From Patescibacteria group bacterium (lineage in GTDB: Bacteria > Patescibacteriota > Minisyncoccia > JAHIHE01 > JAGLIN01), in the NCBI GenBank assembly GCA_019428855.1, contig JAHYJV010000003.1:1-32000 (forward strand): DNA of 32,000 nt, given 5' to 3'. Of this stretch, positions 8,067 to 16,500 are shown piece by piece. The translations under genes were made by a program, and so were the position numbers. The notes beneath the pieces are model-generated. The model was not told the origin of the DNA. It saw nothing but the letters and a program-made list of their open reading frames with translations, and did no database searches. The first letter of the stretch is position 1; each line of letters opens with the position of its first letter.

Positions 8067-8149
8067 AAATAAAATAAAAAAGAAAGTTTAGTAAAAGAGC
8101 TGTTTTTTTGTAAGTATAAAATTTATCAGCAGACTTTATAATTTAAAAT

Positions 8150-8188
8150 AAAAAAAATCAGCTTGAGCTAATACTTGAAGCTCAAAGC
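8150..8188 (-). terminator. Rho-independent terminator for the small membrane protein gene
   Basis: Hairpin GCTTGAGCT / AGCTCAAAGC (8161..8188, one bulge). On the minus strand it is followed by T8 (A run 8150..8157 on plus), 23 nt after the stop at 8211. Confidence 0.55.
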
Positions 8189-8210
8189 CATTTAAAATAA
8201 TCGATTACAT

Positions 8211-8462
8211 TTAAATTAACAATTCGTCTATATATTGATGGATTGTTTCGTAAAAATGAAAAAATTTATTATCTAAAACAAAGATAATTGTCGCTGCTAG
8301 TAATCCTATTATTAATGCGGATAATTCAATATTTAAACTCGCATAATTATTAATATGACTAGCGATTATACTAGCGACTATTGATACTACTAAAAACACT
8401 ATTGTTGCCATCGTGGCAAACAAAAAACAAAACTTTAAAATCCTACATATTCTTAATATCAT
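8211..8462 (-). CDS. Small two-TM membrane protein (83 aa from ATG 8462; the track ORF extends to 8522)
   Basis: ATG 8462 is preceded by AAGGAGGTG (8477..8469) with a 6-nt spacer. The product is MILRICRILKFCFLFATMATIVFLVVSIVASIIAS-loop-LSALIIGLLAATIIFVL-DNKFFHFYETIHQYIDELLI. It has its own promoter and terminator. Confidence 0.5.
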   Translation of the reverse strand: MILRICRILKFCFLFATMATIVFLVVSIVASIIASHINNYASLNIELSALIIGLLAATIIFVLDNKFFHFYETIHQYIDELLI

Positions 8463-8543
8463 TTCACGCACCTCCTTAATACGCAGAAGCTTATTTATTA
8501 ATAAAAATAAACAAATTTCCACTTTTAAGGCTATTACTTTATG

Positions 8544-8572
8544 AGTATATTATAATATTAATTAAATGTCAA
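8544..8572 (-). promoter_or_regulatory. Sigma70-like promoter (TTGACA-17 nt-TATACT) for the small membrane protein gene
   Basis: The minus strand reads TTGACATTTAATTAATATTATAATATACT. The -35 is at 8572..8567 and the -10 at 8549..8544. Confidence 0.4.
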
Positions 8573-8715
8573 TTGTTTATGCCTAGATTTTGCTTTCAAG
8601 ATCAACATTGACAAAAACCATCGAAGTTATTTAAAAATAAATCATATGTCGTAAAACCTACCTTGTGCGACGTAATGATTGACTTTTAAATTTAATTTAG
8701 TTTGGTTTAGTTATT

Positions 8716-9444
8716 TTATCCCTCTAGACTCTCCTTCTCTGCTTTTTCAATTTGTTGCATTATAGATTTAAGCTCGGTAGTTTGATTTTCTAAGTCAATT
8801 AATAGTTCTGCTGATGTACTATTTATTTCCTTATGTTGATTTTTATCTTGTGCTGATGAAATGCTTGTTGATTTTATTTTTAAATTCTCGATACTGGTTG
8901 TTACTGCATTCAGTTCTTTTATCAGAAAATCTATATTGTCCCGAAATAATGGATGAATATCCATATCTTCCGCATTATCAGTTTTTTTTTCTTTTCCTGC
9001 AAAAACAGAGGATATATTAGCAATGAGCTTTAATGCAAATTCAGTGCGTTTTTTTATTGTCAATAATAGTTTTTTTTCGGTTGGTTCTTTTTTATCTATC
9101 TTCTTAATAAGTGCTACTTCTGCACTTTTTTCAATGGCTTTTAAGTCGGCAGTATTTTGAGCCTTTATTTCCTCCCACTTTTTAAACAGGGCGTTTTGTT
9201 CTGCTGTTGCCTTTTTGTCTAGACCCCATTTATCACTAGTTTCTTGTTTTTGTTTTGAAAGTTCTCCACTTTTCTGCATTTCTAAAAGCCTTCCGTAAAC
9301 TTTCTCAACCGCATCGGGGCCAATATTAACCTCCACCCCCAATACTTTGTTTGAAGTTTCATGATTAGGCGCGTTTGTTGTAGCGAGATCTTCAGAATTT
9401 ATTGTAGGCATTTTTTCTGTCATATATTTTTGGTTAAAATTCAA
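8716..9444 (-). CDS. Hypothetical Lys/Glu-rich coiled-coil protein
   Basis: Long ORF directly abutting the HD gene stop. The start is TTG 9444 (1 nt after the stop) or ATG 9423. The composition is strongly biased towards charged residues, there is no hydrophobic span, and no motif is recognised. Confidence 0.55.
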   Translation of the reverse strand: MNFNQKYMTEKMPTINSEDLATTNAPNHETSNKVLGVEVNIGPDAVEKVYGRLLEMQKSGELSKQKQETSDKWGLDKKATAEQNALFKKWEEIKAQNTADLKAIEKSAEVALIKKIDKKEPTEKKLLLTIKKRTEFALKLIANISSVFAGKEKKTDNAEDMDIHPLFRDNIDFLIKELNAVTTSIENLKIKSTSISSAQDKNQHKEINSTSAELLIDLENQTTELKSIMQQIEKAEKESLEG

Positions 9445-9445
9445 C

Positions 9446-10429
9446 TTACCTTAATTTAACTTTATATTCGAAATAGGGATTTTTTTTAAAATATTCAAGC
9501 TTGAGCTTCCAGTCTAAATTTATGTCACTTAATTTTTTAATTTTTCTGCTAATTAATATTTTCGGATCAATGAAACGATTCTTTTTCTTCCAGGAATAAT
9601 CAAACTCCTCCCCTTTTCCGACGATTTCAATTTTATGATAATCAAGATTTCTAATTTTCTTTATTAGTTTTGAGATATCTTTATCTTTTTTTTCTTCAAT
9701 AATTCTTGTTACTTGACGGTCGTTTAAGGAGAATAAATCTTCTTTAGTGATGTAATTTTTCTCGAGACTCTTTTTGATAATTTGAGCAAGAATTTTGTGG
9801 TTTACGGTCCAAAAAGCAGAAGACCAAAATTCGTTATTTAAAACATAATATTGTTGGGAAAAAATATTTGCTATAAATGAATTATCAAAAACGAACTCCT
9901 CTTTTATGATTTTTAAGGAATTTATAACCATCTTGGATAATTGCACATTCATTCCCAAGGGATCCCGTAGGGTATAATCTATTCTGTCCGCTGCTATATC
10001 TGGTAATTCTTGATCAAGAAGAGTATGCTTTTTGTTGTTTATTATTTTATCTAAATTATAGCCATTTTGTCTTAAAATATCTCCAATAGTGGAATCTGAT
10101 ATTTTTTCAGAAAGAATGTCATCTGCAAATTCTTCATTGCCGTCATTAACAAAAATCAAATCAAGAACATGTGAGAACACTCCATGAGAAATGTCATGTA
10201 AAAGACCAGCGATACATTCATCTTTCCTAGCTCCAAATTCTCTTAGTAGATAATAAACTCCAATACTATGCTCATACCTACTTAGTTCTATGTTAGATAA
10301 ATAACAGTGCTTAAAAACTCCGCACTGTGATATATTCTTCAGTCTTTGAAAATCATTGTCTTTTATGATTTTCTCAACTAGTTCGTCCTTAATCTCAATT
10401 TTACCCCAAATTTTATCTTTAATAATCAT
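9446..10429 (-). CDS. HD-domain phosphohydrolase, SAMHD1/YwfO-like (possible (d)NTP triphosphohydrolase)
   Basis: Metal-binding signature H..HD..D: RYEHSIGVYYL, AGLLHDISHGVFSHVLD, AADRIDYTLRD. Confidence 0.8.
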   Translation of the reverse strand: MIIKDKIWGKIEIKDELVEKIIKDNDFQRLKNISQCGVFKHCYLSNIELSRYEHSIGVYYLLREFGARKDECIAGLLHDISHGVFSHVLDLIFVNDGNEEFADDILSEKISDSTIGDILRQNGYNLDKIINNKKHTLLDQELPDIAADRIDYTLRDPLGMNVQLSKMVINSLKIIKEEFVFDNSFIANIFSQQYYVLNNEFWSSAFWTVNHKILAQIIKKSLEKNYITKEDLFSLNDRQVTRIIEEKKDKDISKLIKKIRNLDYHKIEIVGKGEEFDYSWKKKNRFIDPKILISRKIKKLSDINLDWKLKLEYFKKNPYFEYKVKLR

Positions 10430-12036
10430 TAGTATATTTTATCCCTTTCTTCTTTCATGTAATAAATCCATTCTTCAAAAACTTCCACAAATGTTTTAAA
10501 TGGAGCTTCAATAATAAAATCTAAAATAAAAACAAACAAGTTGATACTAGAAAGTTTTGTAGATAACCATTGTCCCATACTTAGAATCGGCATAGAAAAA
10601 ATATCACTGGCGAAAGTAAAAACACCTTCTTTTCTTTTAAGAACAACAAGTTCTCTGGCATTCTGTCTGATGCGAATGCCAAAATAGCTGACCACGCTTA
10701 CAAAGAATAGAAAGAGACCAATGCTCATAATATTAAATTCAATTAAATTTAAAAAATAGATAATAATGCCAAAGGACATTACAAATATTAATAAATAAAA
10801 GAACTTAAAAAATTTGTAAAACAAAGAGCTGTTATTTAGAGCTCCCTTTATTAAAAAAGGTGCAGCTGAATATTTTCCGTATATTACCTCTTTGATTCCC
10901 TGGATTATTAAGGCAGTATTATTTTTGCTTGGTACTTTTATTGTAATGACTACCAAAAGCATTAAAAGTGGTGGGAAGATAATGTTTATGCCAAGTGCAA
11001 AATAATTTATTTCTCCTATTATATATTTATCAAATGGTAATTCTAGTAAAATCGCAAGAATAATTTTAGTTAAAAATATATAGACAATACTTCTGGTAGC
11101 TGCTCTTTTTAATTTCACTTTTGCCTCTTTGTATTTTTTTATACAAGCCTCTTTCGCAGCGTCTTCAATGTGCAACGGATGCAGGAATATTTTATCGATA
11201 TTATTTATGTTATTTACCATTACATTCTCTAATATCGTAAAGTAGGCAAGATTTTTCTTCACAAATCGTGAAAAATTTTCACCAAGAGGATTGTTTAGTT
11301 GTTTTTCGATATCTCCAATCAGCCAATCGATATTTTTTGATAGCTTTATTATTAATTCCTCAGATGGTGCAAAAAACCATTCTGGATGTTTCAGCTCGAA
11401 AATCCTATATCTGATTAAGGAAATATCTGATTTTGTAAGGTTGCGAAGGACTGCGATATATATCTGATAATTAAGATCTTCTTCGGTTAATAAGTTTTCT
11501 GAAATTTTAATTTTTTCCTTAATTACTTTTTGAGAAAAACTAACTAAGGCTTTTTCACTATTGTAGGGAGAGATTCTTTCCTCAATTTCGCAAGAAGCAA
11601 TTCCCGTTAACCAGTCATATAAATAATCTGTATCTGAATTCTTATTATCAATAATTTCAGGTATATTATTGATAAGTAAAGTATATTTGTCTATTATCTC
11701 TCTTATTTGCTCAATTCTGATTTCAGGAATCGCATCATTGGGTAGATACCTTGCTCTAATTAACTCGTACATAAGAAATTTTGCGACATCTTTCTCATTT
11801 TTTTCGGTCATCAAGCGCCTTTTTAATATTCGCTTAATTGCAATTTTTCGCAGAAGATGATCTTCTTGATAATCAACAGAGTTTCTTATTTTTTCATACA
11901 AAAAAGCAACCTTGCTTGATACTTGGTGCACTTTTATTTTTTCTTCGTCAGTTTTATTGTATTTTTTGCTTAAATCTAAAGCATCTTTATATTCCTCAAT
12001 GAAAACTTTCGCAGATTCAGATATTAGATTTGGCAT
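10429..12036 (-). CDS. Large membrane protein of unknown function (soluble N-terminal half plus about six C-terminal TM spans)
   Basis: 535-aa ORF. The N-terminal 320 aa or so are hydrophilic. The C-terminal part has repeated hydrophobic spans (IVYIFLTKIILAILLELPF, NIIFPPLLMLLVVITI, FYLLIFVMSFGIIIYFLNLI, SIGLFLFFVSVVSYFGI, INLFVFILDFIIEAPF). Its stop overlaps the HD gene start (TAATG). Confidence 0.7.
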   Translation of the reverse strand: MPNLISESAKVFIEEYKDALDLSKKYNKTDEEKIKVHQVSSKVAFLYEKIRNSVDYQEDHLLRKIAIKRILKRRLMTEKNEKDVAKFLMYELIRARYLPNDAIPEIRIEQIREIIDKYTLLINNIPEIIDNKNSDTDYLYDWLTGIASCEIEERISPYNSEKALVSFSQKVIKEKIKISENLLTEEDLNYQIYIAVLRNLTKSDISLIRYRIFELKHPEWFFAPSEELIIKLSKNIDWLIGDIEKQLNNPLGENFSRFVKKNLAYFTILENVMVNNINNIDKIFLHPLHIEDAAKEACIKKYKEAKVKLKRAATRSIVYIFLTKIILAILLELPFDKYIIGEINYFALGINIIFPPLLMLLVVITIKVPSKNNTALIIQGIKEVIYGKYSAAPFLIKGALNNSSLFYKFFKFFYLLIFVMSFGIIIYFLNLIEFNIMSIGLFLFFVSVVSYFGIRIRQNARELVVLKRKEGVFTFASDIFSMPILSMGQWLSTKLSSINLFVFILDFIIEAPFKTFVEVFEEWIYYMKEERDKIY

Positions 12037-12094
12037 ATATTTGGATTATTAATGATAATATCTTAACATATTACACAATAATTGTCTATTATTA

Positions 12095-13270
12095 TTATGA
12101 TATTAAAATAGGTGCGATATTTGCAACGACACGCTTTATAATTTCGTCAATATGAATATTTTCCTCAAGAGATTCAATTTCATCTAACTTGGCTCTCGTC
12201 TCAGGATGTTTAGCAATCAAGAAACTACAACAGTCTTGATATGGTAATATCGAGATTTGAAATGTTTCAATTTTCTCTGCGATACTGATGATTTCTTGTT
12301 TGTTCATACCAATCAGTGGTGGAAATATGGGAAGTTTTGTCTTGTTATATATAGCTCCAATATTATCAATTGTTTGAGAGGCAACCTGACTGAGACTATC
12401 ACCAGTTACAAGTCCTTTCCCTTTTTCTTTTTTGGCAATTTCTCCGGCTAATTGAAACATAATTCTACGATAAATTATCATGCGATCTTTTGAAGGAATG
12501 TTGGCGATAATTTCTTTTTGAAATTCTTCAAAGGGAATAATATAAAGTTTTGACTTTCCTTGAAATTTACACAATTGTTTTACTAATTTTACAATCTTAT
12601 CTTGTCCGTCATTTTGTCCTGCAATATTTTTATTTTTAAAATGAACATAAATATTTTTTGCACCTCTTTTGTTCATCATGAAGCTGGCCACAGGGCTATC
12701 AATTCCTCCGGAAATCAAACTAATTAAATTGCCCGTAGTTCCAACAGGTAATCCACCAATTCCTATTGTTTTTTCAAAATATATATAACATTTTTTTTGT
12801 GAAATTTCAACAACCACTTCAAGATTGGGCTGATGCACATCAACTTTTAATTTCGTATTTTCCAGCACATACTCCCCTACTTTGGCATTGATCTGTGGAG
12901 ACTTAAATTCAAATTTTTTATCAGAACGACGAGCTTCAATTTTGAATGTTTCTTTATTCTCAGTTTGTAAAAATTCGTTTAAAAGTTCTACTGTTTTTTT
13001 GTTAATTTTTTCTAAATCTTTTTCTTCTGAAACTGCAAAATGGAAATTTGCTATTCCAGGAATATTTTTTAATATCTCTCTTATTTTTTTTATGTCAGTA
13101 TGATCATTTATATCAATGATAATTTTTCCACCTTCTTTATAAATATTATTATAATTTATTTCACTAATAAATTTCTTAATATTGGTTACGAGAGCGTTTT
13201 CGAAAAAAGTTCTATTACCCCCCTTGAGCGTGATTTCATCGTAATGGATTATTGCTTGAGTGTATTGCAT
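12095..13270 (-). CDS. thiI: tRNA 4-thiouridine sulfurtransferase ThiI (short form, no rhodanese domain)
   Basis: N-terminal ferredoxin-like/THUMP region and the PP-loop motif LISGGIDSPVASFMM. Its length of 391 aa matches the Bacillus-type ThiI, which lacks the C-terminal rhodanese domain. Confidence 0.88.
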   Translation of the reverse strand: MQYTQAIIHYDEITLKGGNRTFFENALVTNIKKFISEINYNNIYKEGGKIIIDINDHTDIKKIREILKNIPGIANFHFAVSEEKDLEKINKKTVELLNEFLQTENKETFKIEARRSDKKFEFKSPQINAKVGEYVLENTKLKVDVHQPNLEVVVEISQKKCYIYFEKTIGIGGLPVGTTGNLISLISGGIDSPVASFMMNKRGAKNIYVHFKNKNIAGQNDGQDKIVKLVKQLCKFQGKSKLYIIPFEEFQKEIIANIPSKDRMIIYRRIMFQLAGEIAKKEKGKGLVTGDSLSQVASQTIDNIGAIYNKTKLPIFPPLIGMNKQEIISIAEKIETFQISILPYQDCCSFLIAKHPETRAKLDEIESLEENIHIDEIIKRVVANIAPILIS

Positions 13271-13343
13271 AAAGTTTTTTTGTAAACAATATTATTTTAA
13301 ATTTATATCGCAATCTTTATATATTTTTCTCATCTATTTCAAA

Positions 13344-13541
13344 TCAAAGATTAAAGGAGGTCGCTATTCCATCACCGCCTCTTATCGGATAAATTTCATT
13401 AAAATAGAAATTGTTTTTAATTATAAAATTTTCTAGATAATCACTTAAACAACTTGTGCATAGAAATTGCTTTGACGTGATATTTTTACTACCATTATGC
13501 GTGGGATTAAAAACATGATATTTTTCCATTGGCTTAAACAC
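13344..13541 (-). CDS. Hypothetical small protein, doubtful
   Basis: ORF only, with a GTG start (or ATG at 13529) and no motif. It sits between the cysteine desulfurase and thiI on the same strand. Confidence 0.2.
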   Translation of the reverse strand: MFKPMEKYHVFNPTHNGSKNITSKQFLCTSCLSDYLENFIIKNNFYFNEIYPIRGGDGIATSFNL

Positions 13542-13637
13542 TTTTCACAAATTATCACTTTCTTTTTAAATAAATTAAGCATATATTTTTTTATACTTTA
13601 AATTATGATTTTGAAACAAGTCCAAAACGACCTAAAA

Positions 13638-14819
13638 TTACATCCCCGAAATTTCTCTCAATCTCTTAATTTTTTCTACTAAAACTTTCAAAGTAAAATC
13701 AATATCATCTTTGGTTGTCTCTTTCCCGAGCGTAAATCTGATGCTCGCATGAGCAATCTCTGGCGGTATTCCCATAGCCGAAAGAACATGTGATGGTGCG
13801 AGAGAAGATGAAGAACAAGCAGAGCCGGTTGAGATTGCAATTCCCTCTTGATCAAGCATCATCAGGAGGCTCTCCCCTTCCACGCCTTGAAAAGAAAAGT
13901 TGGCATTATGAGGAAGTCGAAATTCTCGCGAACCGTTTAGTCTCGAATTTGGAATTTCTTTTAAAATCTCTTCCATTAAATAATCACGCAGCTTTTTGAC
14001 TTCATCTATTTTTTCTCTGTTTTCCAAAACCATTGAAATCGCCTTTCCAATTCCGACGATACCTGGAACATTGTGTGTTCCAGCGCGCAGATTATATTCC
14101 TGCTCCCCTCCCTGTTGAATTGACTTAATTTTTGCTCCGCGTTTCACATAAAGAACGCCGATTCCTTTTGGTGCATAAATTTTATGACCCGAAAGAGAAA
14201 GGAAGTCAACCCCAAGTTTTTCTACATCACAGTCCAGATAGTTTATAGCCTGCACGGCATCGGTGTGAAAATATATTTTTGGTAATTTTTGCTTTTCTCT
14301 CTTTGAATTTATATCTTTGATAATTTTTCCAATTTCTGCAATCGGCTGAATTGTTCCCACTTCATTGTTCCCATACATCACCGAAACTAAAACTGTATTT
14401 TCTTTTATGGCATTCCTGATATCTTCAGGATTAACGATTCCGTCTCTATTCACTTTTACAAAAGACGCTTCAGTAATTTTATCTTTTTGAACAGTTTGAC
14501 AAGCATTTAGAACACAGTGGTGTTCAATGGCAGAAGTAATAATGTGTGGATTTTTAACCAGCGTTGCCTTAATAACCCCTTTAATCGTTAAATTATTGCT
14601 CTCTGTGGCTCCGCTCGTAAAAATAATCTCGCTTGTGTTACAATGTAAAAAATCAGCCACTTGCGAGCGAGCTTTATCAACCCCCTCCATCGCCTCTTGA
14701 CCAAATTGATGAATGCTGGAAGGATTACCAAATTTATCTGAAAAATAAGGTAACATTTCCTCAAGTACTTTTTTATCAACGGGTGTAGTCGCCGCATAAT
14801 CTAAATATATTTTTTTCAT
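13638..14819 (-). CDS. iscS: Cysteine desulfurase (NifS/IscS/NifZ class V aminotransferase)
   Basis: PLP-lysine motif SLSGHKIYAPKGIGVLY, active-site loop STGSACSS and the N-terminal YLDYAATTP. Confidence 0.9.
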   Translation of the reverse strand: MKKIYLDYAATTPVDKKVLEEMLPYFSDKFGNPSSIHQFGQEAMEGVDKARSQVADFLHCNTSEIIFTSGATESNNLTIKGVIKATLVKNPHIITSAIEHHCVLNACQTVQKDKITEASFVKVNRDGIVNPEDIRNAIKENTVLVSVMYGNNEVGTIQPIAEIGKIIKDINSKREKQKLPKIYFHTDAVQAINYLDCDVEKLGVDFLSLSGHKIYAPKGIGVLYVKRGAKIKSIQQGGEQEYNLRAGTHNVPGIVGIGKAISMVLENREKIDEVKKLRDYLMEEILKEIPNSRLNGSREFRLPHNANFSFQGVEGESLLMMLDQEGIAISTGSACSSSSLAPSHVLSAMGIPPEIAHASIRFTLGKETTKDDIDFTLKVLVEKIKRLREISGM

Positions 14820-14850
14820 AAATATTGTATTAATATTAAGCTAATTATGA

Positions 14851-14986
14851 CTTGTATTCTGAATTTGATTTACAATCATCAATCCATAACCATAAATTAT
14901 TCCTATAAATCACTAAATATTTATATAAATTAAATAATTCAGGGCGAAATATCCAAAAGATTATGAATCAAGTTCAGAATAACAAG
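14851..14986. repeat. Imperfect 26-bp inverted repeat pair enclosing about 85 bp in the intergenic spacer
   Basis: 14851..14875 is CTTGTATTCTGAATTTGATTTACAA. The reverse complement of 14961..14986 is CTTGTTATTCTGAACTTGATTCATAA. They match at 22 of 26 aligned columns, with one indel. The right arm ends at the stop codon of the 160-aa gene. Confidence 0.5.
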
Positions 14987-14988
14987 CA

Positions 14989-15471
14989 CTAAAATCCCCA
15001 AACTCCTAAACTCAAACCCGTCATAATTACCCCCGCCATCATAACACCAATGGCAATCAATGGCAATGCTTTTTTATATGGAATTCCAAAGACAAAAGCG
15101 GCCATGGCACCAGTCCAACCGCCTGTTATTGGCAGAGGGATGGCGACAAATGTAATCAGGGCTAGTGCTCCCCATTTTTCAAATTTACCATTATATTTTT
15201 TTCGTGTTCTGGCAAAAAGCCAGGAAAAAAACCTATGGAATAATTTTGATTTTGCCATTAAATATTGCGATACAGGCTCTATGGCAATCAAGATAACGGC
15301 AACTGAAATTAAATTACCGATAACTGAGATAAAATATGCTTTCAGCGGGTCCATATTATAAAATCCGATAGCTAGAGGAATTGAACCTCGAAGCTCAGAA
15401 ACGGGAAGCATTGACATGATAAAGGTGGCCATTTCAGGAGAGAAATAATCAAAAAGAAATTTAAAATACAT
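14989..15471 (-). CDS. Small integral membrane protein (putative small multidrug-export-like family, COG2426-type)
   Basis: 160 aa with 4-5 hydrophobic spans. The N-terminal SELRGSIPLA motif matches my memory of this family. It lies 12 nt after the GalT-like gene. Confidence 0.6.
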   Translation of the reverse strand: MYFKFLFDYFSPEMATFIMSMLPVSELRGSIPLAIGFYNMDPLKAYFISVIGNLISVAVILIAIEPVSQYLMAKSKLFHRFFSWLFARTRKKYNGKFEKWGALALITFVAIPLPITGGWTGAMAAFVFGIPYKKALPLIAIGVMMAGVIMTGLSLGVWGF

Positions 15472-15483
15472 TTTATTATATTA

Positions 15484-16500
15484 TTATTTTCTTAACATCT
15501 CTGCCGATCTTTCTGGCAGCATTGAGCATACTTCTGTTCCAGTACTCAGTTCAAGTCCCGCCCAAGTATTTGTTTTAGGAAATATCTCAAAGTGCCAGTG
15601 ATAATGATCATAAGTTTTTCCATCGCACGGTGAAGTGTGTAGGAACATATTATATGACAAATTATTGAGGTTTTCTTTTAATTTCGCCAGACAATATTTC
15701 ATTGCCTCTGCTAGTTTAATTTTCTTTTCATCAGTAATTCGTTCAAAATAAGATAAATGTCTTTTAGGATATATTCTCATTTCGAATGACACTCTTGAAA
15801 CAAATGGGCAAATAACAATAAACTCTTCATTTTCAAAAATTGTTCTTTTTTTGCTTTGATTTTCATAATCAATCATAACACAATGCACGCACTCTTTGTG
15901 AACATTGAAATATTTCTCGCTACCTTTTATGCTCCGATACACATCTCTGTCGATAATTGGCATAGCAACAATTTGACTATGTGGATGTCGAATAGATGCC
16001 CCAGCATCTTTGCCATAGTTTTTAAATATTGAAATATATTTAATATGCTTTTGGTTCATGAGAGAAATATATCTCTCTTGATAGGCATCAATCATTTCAG
16101 CTACTCTGATTACATCCATCTCAGCGATATCATCGGTATGGTTCTCTGTGATAAGAACTTCGTGATATCCAATGCCATCAATAACTTCAAATGGACCGTG
16201 CTCTCTTTTGTTCACATCTTTAAATGCAGATGATAAAGCAGGAAATTTATTTGGAAAAACTTTCAAGCTCCAATCCCCATCTTGTTTTGTATAAACCAAA
16301 ACATCTTTTTCTTGCTCATCAACATTGTTTTTGCAAAAAGGGCAATGGTCCTTTTCCTGTTCTGTTTCTTTTTGGAGTCCTTCTTTTTTATTGAAATCTG
16401 GACGCTGACCTCTTTTTGTAGAAAATAAAACCCAAGTACCGCTCACGAGATCTTTTCTTAATTGGGAAAAGATTACCTCTCTTTTATTTTTCGTTGTCAT
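15484..16500 (-). CDS. galT: GalT-like hexose-1-phosphate nucleotidyltransferase (HIT superfamily branch III)
   Basis: Zinc motif DHCPFCKNN and catalytic HxH motif RHPHSQIVAMP. The two half-barrel organisation and length (338 aa) fit short GalT or NDP-sugar phosphorylase enzymes. Confidence 0.75.
   Translation of the reverse strand: MTTKNKREVIFSQLRKDLVSGTWVLFSTKRGQRPDFNKKEGLQKETEQEKDHCPFCKNNVDEQEKDVLVYTKQDGDWSLKVFPNKFPALSSAFKDVNKREHGPFEVIDGIGYHEVLITENHTDDIAEMDVIRVAEMIDAYQERYISLMNQKHIKYISIFKNYGKDAGASIRHPHSQIVAMPIIDRDVYRSIKGSEKYFNVHKECVHCVMIDYENQSKKRTIFENEEFIVICPFVSRVSFEMRIYPKRHLSYFERITDEKKIKLAEAMKYCLAKLKENLNNLSYNMFLHTSPCDGKTYDHYHWHFEIFPKTNTWAGLELSTGTEVCSMLPERSAEMLRK

Noticed and set aside
15050-15361. 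103-aa plus-strand ORF. Other shadow ORFs are on the plus strand (25438..25986, 23981..24193, 21995..22177, 20415..20606, 18819..19061, 16045..16233, 13790..13999, 12257..13285, 11669..11860, 8814..9020). Others are on the minus strand (18049..18243, 14588..14797, 7666..7848, 6510..6719, 5322..5543).
   Set aside because: Each overlaps a longer ORF with clear homology-type motifs, either on the opposite strand or in another frame of the same strand. No independent evidence supports any of them.
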